Shown here piece after piece: positions 63,796 through 64,000 of a DNA stretch of 64,000 nt. Every line of letters begins with the position of its first letter. The stretch's first letter is position 1. A program made the translations under genes and the position numbers. Source of the DNA: Candidatus Saccharimonadota bacterium (lineage in GTDB: Bacteria; Patescibacteriota; Saccharimonadia; Saccharimonadales; JACDBH01); assembly GCA_013694995.1 (NCBI GenBank), contig JACDBH010000004.1, positions 128,995 to 192,994 of the forward strand, in the 5' to 3' direction. The notes under the pieces are model-generated. The model ran no database searches. It was not told the origin of the DNA and saw only the letters and a program-made list of their open reading frames with translations.

Positions 63796-64000
63796 GCGTA
63801 GAGTTTACATCATTAAAGCGATTAGAATATATTATTATTCCTAACCTATATTTATTTTGACGAGCGGCGTCTAAATAAGTTGTTATAGGAACTGAAATAA
63901 TTATTATACCGACGCACCAGACTACAGCCAACCAACCAGAATTATCAAGAGGGGTACCAACTAACCAGGAGCGCATTGAGTCAATGACATGTGCTATAAA
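63776..64000 (-). CDS. membrane protein C-terminus (N-terminal part beyond the window)
   Basis: The reading frame stays open to the window edge. TM segment WLAVVWCVGIIIISVPI. Confidence 0.35.
   Translation of the reverse strand, partial: FIAHVIDSMRSWLVGTPLDNSGWLAVVWCVGIIIISVPITTYLDAARQNKYRLGIIIYSNRFNDVNSTLIAATF

Overview
The window looks like a small-genome, Gram-positive-type bacterium, probably CPR/Patescibacteria (Saccharibacteria-like). That placement is inferred from gene content, short housekeeping genes and CCA-encoding tRNAs.

Housekeeping backbone: an ABC exporter, trhO, uvrC, an Xaa-Pro aminopeptidase, secG, an OppA-like binding protein, a TlyA-like methyltransferase, an FAD oxidase, LemA, htpX, ligA, murF, a class IV aminotransferase, ddl, leuS, rpmF, nusB, a Nudix hydrolase, rnc, rpsP, a KH protein, trmD, a GT4 glycosyltransferase, two glucosidase-like proteins and two L,D-transpeptidases.

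Accessory content:
1. A five-gene operon (3.6-11.4 kb) of membrane-anchored proteins. It includes a 1158-aa protein that combines SGNH, LAS-metallopeptidase and lytic-transglycosylase motifs.
2. A ~4.7-kb island at tRNA-Gly carrying a large serine recombinase, a TerS-like protein and an FtsK-gamma-like protein.
3. A tandemly duplicated module (27.5-39.1 kb). Each copy has a small LPXTG protein with no signal peptide, transcribed divergently from a giant (1846/1462 aa) metzincin-motif, repeat-rich surface protein.

The most unusual signals are non-coding:
- An 86-87-nt ORF-less structured element occurs three times, always fused to tRNA sequence. In one copy it sits inside the T loop of a tRNA-Gly gene.
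- A conserved pre-tRNA leader module containing a 59-nt covarying hairpin occurs four times.
- Several sense and antisense duplications of tRNA 3' ends are present.

I saw no rRNA genes and no CRISPR array.
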